Below are positions 58,532 through 64,000 of a stretch of DNA of 64,000 nucleotides, one piece after another. How positions within the stretch are numbered: the stretch's first letter is position 1; each line of letters starts with the position of its first letter. The position numbers and the translations under genes are program-made. Source of the DNA: Dictyostelium discoideum (Eukaryota); the NCBI GenBank assembly GCA_000004695.1, contig CM000151.3:4128001-4192000 (forward strand), given 5' to 3'. A model generated the notes under the pieces. It saw nothing but the letters and a program-made list of their open reading frames with translations. It ran no database searches and had not been told where the DNA came from.

Positions 58532-59443
58532 ACAACAACAACAACAGCAGCAGCAGCAGCAACAGCAACAACAACAACAATTACCAAAAAAGATTTATCC
58601 ACACTCTGTTGTTTTTTCATCGAATGGAAATGTTGGTTATAGTCAAACTCCACCAATTTCATCACAATCAAGTAGTGCAATCTTTTCACCAACATTATCT
58701 CATTCAACATCAAAATATCATCATGAAAAATCAAAATCTGCACAATTTTCTTCACCAAAAATTAACTCTATACTTTTAACTCAAATTTTGCAACAACATC
58801 AATTACAACAACTACAGCAACAACAGCAACAGCAACAACAACAACAAATTTCAACAGTTTCAGGTGTACCAATACCTTTGCCAATTTCAAGTTCAAATAA
58901 TAATAATAATAACAATAACAATGTTAAAGTACCAAGAAGAAAGTCAATTGACCCTCTCACCTATATATCATTAAACTCTCACCTTCAACCAATTTCCAGT
59001 AATAATAACAACAACAATAATAATAATAATATAAATAAATCATTTAAAAATCCTGTTACAGTTCAATTTTTAAATTCACTTCAAGCAATGAATATAGATG
59101 AGTTTGAAGAGGAATTGGATAAAGAAATTCAACAAGTCATTTTACAAACTAAAAATATTCAAGGTAAAATGGAATTATTAGAAAGAGTAAGAGTAAGTAT
59201 TCTTTTTTTTATAACAAATAGATATCAATTTTTTAAATATTAATTTTTTTTTATTTTTTTTTCCAAAAAAAAAAAAAAAAAGTGTGCTGCACCAGATCCA
59301 TTATTAATGTTATTTGGAGAGAATTGTAAAAATGTAATTGATAAAAAATATAATCATTCTCAGAATAATAGTGGTGTTAATAGTACAAATAATAATGTAT
59401 CATCAACTATGGTTATTCAATCACCACTTTTATCTCAAGTTTC

Positions 59444-59487
<44 letters not shown>

Positions 59488-59544
59488 ATAATAACAATAG
59501 TAGTAATAACAATAATAATATTAATAATAATAACAATAGTAACA

Positions 59545-59627
<83 letters not shown>

Positions 59628-59897
59628 TCATCTGTAATCTTATCAATACCACCTTTACCAATATCACAACAAAAATCTCCATCAATTTTATCTCCATCAC
59701 TTTTATCGCCAACTCTTCAAAATTATCATCCAACATTTCAAGATACCAGACCTCATGGTATTCCAACAAAAACATCAAGAAAGAAACCAACAAATATTAA
59801 TTCTAGATGTCCTGACAAAACGAAAAGTAAGAATTTAAATCCTTCTCTTGTTCCACGTGCTTCTGCATTTAGTCCTCCTCCACGTCCAGTTAGTTAG
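56904..59897 (+). CDS. Q/N/S-rich low-complexity protein (935 aa) with one predicted coiled-coil segment, 3 exons
   Basis: Exons 56904..57020 (MDNHHSNLNHNNN..ITKSYSLS, donor AGT|GTAAAT), 57117..59192 (the ORF-track start at 57204 is an internal GTG; coiled-coil LETLNQIIKEKKEALIQREKELMQKQKQLEQEFIQRREN; donor AGA|GTAAGT), 59283..59897 (acceptor A17-AG; ends ..SAFSPPPRPVS*). Total 2808 nt = 936 codons. No domain recognised. Confidence 0.55.
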
Positions 59898-60016
59898 GGT
59901 ATCTATCTTTTTTTTTTTTTTTTTTTTTTTGGTGGTGAATCATTAATATTTTTTCCAGTCTGAATCATATGTAATGATTACAGATTACTTGCTTGTAAAT
60001 AATTTAATTATCCCTT

Positions 60017-60054
<38 letters not shown>

Positions 60055-60719
60055 AATAATAATAAATTAATAATAAATAATAAAAAAGTTATAAAATTCA
60101 AATAAAAATCTAAAATTTTATTTATTTTATTTGTATTCTTTTTTTTAAAGGTCTCAATTCAAAAAATAATAATTAATTAGTTAATTTTGTAGTGTTTGAA
60201 AAAAAAAAAAAAAAAAACCTTTTCACAAAATATTTTTTTGTTTTATTTTATTTTTAAATTTTTTAAAATTCCAAATATGGTGATTCACAATTTATTATTT
60301 TACTCAATGAGATTATTTAACCCACAAAAGGAAAAAAAAAAATAATAAAAAAAACAATTATTATTTATTTATAAATAAAAAAATTATAATTTTTATTATT
60401 AAACCAAAAATAAATAAATAAATAAATAAATAAATAAAAAATAAATAAATAAATAATATAAGAAATGGATAAAATAGAGCTAAAAGATACAAAACGAAAA
60501 TAAAAAATTCATTGAGCCCCAATCAAAATTACTTAGAGATCAGATTTATTATTTTATCAATAATAAAAAAACCAAATATTATTTCTATGAAATTATTTAA
60601 AACAATATTAATGGAAATCAAAACGGAAGAAGATATTAGAAAATTTAAAAAAGTAAAAAAAGAAATAATTTCTTACAAAAAAGAAATAATTTCTTATAAA
60701 AAAATAACTCCATATAAAA

Positions 60720-60761
<42 letters not shown>

Positions 60762-61045
60762 CTGATAAAACGAAAAGTAAGAATTTAAACCCTTCTTTTC
60801 TCCCCCATGCTTTTGCATTTAGTCCTCCACGTCCAGATAGTTAGGGTATCAATCTTTTTTTTTTTTTTTTGGTGATTACTTGTAAATAATAAAAAAAATT
60901 AATAAAAAAGTTAAAAAAATTCAAATAAAATCAAAATTTTTTTTTTTTATTTGTATTCTTCTTTTTAAAGGTCTCAATTCAAATAGATAATAATAATAAA
61001 TTAGTTAATTTTGTAGTTTTTGATAATAAAAAAAAAAAAAAAAAA
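59815..61045. repeat. Segmental tandem duplication: last 80 nt of the preceding CDS plus 3' flank (about 59815-60240) re-copied at about 60762-61045
   Basis: Copy 1 acaaaacgaaaagtaagaatttaaatccttctcttgttccacgtgcttctgcatttagtcctcctccacgtccagttagttagggtatctatc(T)n..ttgtaaataat..aaaaagttataaaattcaaataaaaatctaaaatttt..tttgtattcttttttttaaaggtctcaattcaaaaaataat..ttagttaattttgtagtgtttga. Copy 2 gataaaacgaaaagtaagaatttaaacccttcttttctcccccatgcttttgcatttagtcctccacgtccagatagttagggtatcaatc(T)n..ttgtaaataat..aaaaagttaaaaaaattcaaataaaatcaaaatttt..tttgtattcttctttttaaaggtctcaattcaaatagataat..ttagttaattttgtagtttttga. Confidence 0.8.
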
Positions 61046-61205
61046 AAAAAATACTGACACTACAAAAGTTGTATTCTGAAAGAAAGCACACCAAAAAAAA
61101 AAAAATTAAAATAAAATAAAATTAATAATAAATTAAAATAAAACAAATAAAAAGAAATTAAAAATTCATCACAGTAAAAAAAAAAAAAATTAAAACAATA
61201 AAAAA

Positions 61206-61483
61206 ATGGTATTTTAAAATATAAAATAAAAATAACTATTGATAATAAAGCTAACAAATAAACTTATTTAAAAAAAAAACAAAAAAAAAAAAAAAAGAAT
61301 AAATTTAGGGCATTAGTTTTAATTATTATAATTATTTTTTATAGTAACTCGGTATTATCTGAACATAAATATAATCAATGTTATATGGATTGTTTAGAAA
61401 ATGCTGGTTGTTCTCAAAATATGAAAAAAAGTGATATCTGTAATATTTTAACTCACGAATGTAATCTCAATTGCGATAACTAA
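61206..61483 (+). CDS. Small secreted Cys-rich peptide 1 (62 aa); exon 1 is only the ATG
   Basis: ATG 61206-61208 followed directly by GTATTT donor; acceptor A16-AG at 61296-61297; exon 2 61298..61483 encodes NKFRALVLIIIIIFYSNSVLS (signal) EHKYNQCYMDCLENAGCSQNMKKSDICNILTHECNLNCDN*. 6 Cys in the mature part. The phase-0 join gives 189 nt. Confidence 0.5.
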
Positions 61484-61719
61484 AACAAATAAAAATAAAC
61501 ACCCTTTTTACAATATTGAATTATTTTGTTTTTATTGTATTTTAATTAATTTTTTTTATTATTTTTTTTTTTTTTATTTGGTGGTAAATTATATAATTTA
61601 CATTTTTTTAGATTGGCAATGATAATTAATTGTTAAACATAATAATTTATTATAATTTTATTTTCAAATAATGGTTTATTAATTATTTTATACTTTTTTT
61701 TTTTTATTATTGATTTTTT

Positions 61720-61756
<37 letters not shown>

Positions 61757-61824
61757 AAAAAAAGAAGTATAAAAAAGAGGAAAAAGAATAAAAATTAAAT
61801 TTAGTAAAAATTAAAAAATTCAAA

Positions 61825-62109
61825 ATGGTAAGAATTTTCCTTTTTTTTTTTTTTTAATACTAATTAGTGTTTTTATTAATTTTTAATTATTAGAATTATA
61901 AATTATTATTAGTTGCAATTATTGCATTTTTAGCATTAATGTCATCAAATCAAATTTGTATGGCAGATGTTGAAAGTGATCACAAAGAATGTATCAAAAA
62001 ATGTTTGAAAGATAATGGTTGTTCAGATGATGATGGCAAAGAAATCGATAAAAAAGAATGTATTAAATATACTTTCAAATGCCCAAAAGATTGTTTAATT
62101 AAAGATTAA
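61825..62109 (+). CDS. Small secreted Cys-rich peptide 2 (72 aa); exon 1 is only the ATG; paralogue of peptide 1
   Basis: ATG 61825-61827 | GTAAGA..; acceptor TTATTAG| 61892-61893; exon 2 61894..62109: NYKLLLVAIIAFLALMSSNQ (signal) ICMADVESDHKECIKKCLKDNGCSDDDGKEIDKKECIKYTFKCPKDCLIKD*. Shared pattern [ED]HK..C...CL[EK][ND].GCS..C.{6}C...C. Confidence 0.55.
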
Positions 62110-62322
62110 AATAAAAATCATTTAATTAGTACTTGTAAAACTTTTTTTTTTTTTTTTTTTTTTTTCAAAATATTAAAAATAGATCAATTTTTTTTTAATT
62201 TTTCAAAAAAAAATATCTTTGCCATTTTTTCCCTTTTTTTTCCGGCCTTTTTTTCAATTTTTATTTTTTTTTCACAAAAATGTAAATTTTTTTTTTTTAT
62301 TTATTTATTTAAGAAACAACAA

Positions 62323-64000
<1,678 letters not shown>

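Noticed and set aside
60512-60724. ORF 60512..60724+ (MSPNQNYLEIRF..) between the two copies of the 3'-end duplication
   Set aside because: Largely a 21-bp direct repeat (aaagaaataatttcttacaaa x2) and K-rich A-runs; TTG-type start; no signal of conservation.

Overview
The window is AT-rich (about 75-80%) eukaryotic DNA with short GT..AG introns, homopolymer intergenic DNA, and (CAA)n/(AAT)n coding microsatellites (polyQ/polyN). By composition, GTAAGT/GTATGT donors and recognisable orthologues (paxillin with 4 LD + 4 LIM at 569 aa, V-ATPase subunit H, Prp18, FAM91, ABCA transporter, uridine kinase) it is most likely a Dictyostelium discoideum-type genome segment; the organism call is inference. 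No prokaryotic-style systems, rRNA, tRNA or transposon ORFs were found. I reconstructed about 25 protein-coding genes on both strands by joining ORF-track pieces across introns; every join is phase-consistent and totals a multiple of 3. Identifiable genes: alpha/sigma-like GST, a polyQ cyclin-box (CABLES-like) protein, an ACC-synthase-like PLP aminotransferase, a secreted Q/N/E tandem-repeat protein, uridine-cytidine kinase, a FAM91 homologue, a Stealth-domain (GlcNAc-1-phosphotransferase-like) protein, a DHHC palmitoyltransferase, a Ure2p-like GST carrying a frameshift, an ABCA transporter (about 1660 aa), Prp18, vatH, paxB, a Cid1-family terminal nucleotidyltransferase (about 1880 aa) and several low-complexity proteins. 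Items worth a second look: a tandem pair of tiny paralogous genes with a conserved intron splitting the same codon; a tandem pair of small Cys-rich secreted peptide genes whose first exon is only the ATG; two separate gene-3'-end tandem duplications; a possible secreted His-rich protein encoded across a 500-bp (GAT)n tract; and two members of a lineage-specific family sharing an N-terminal LFWKVF.NK.LF motif. All coordinates are from manual counting and may be off by 1-2 nt at splice sites.
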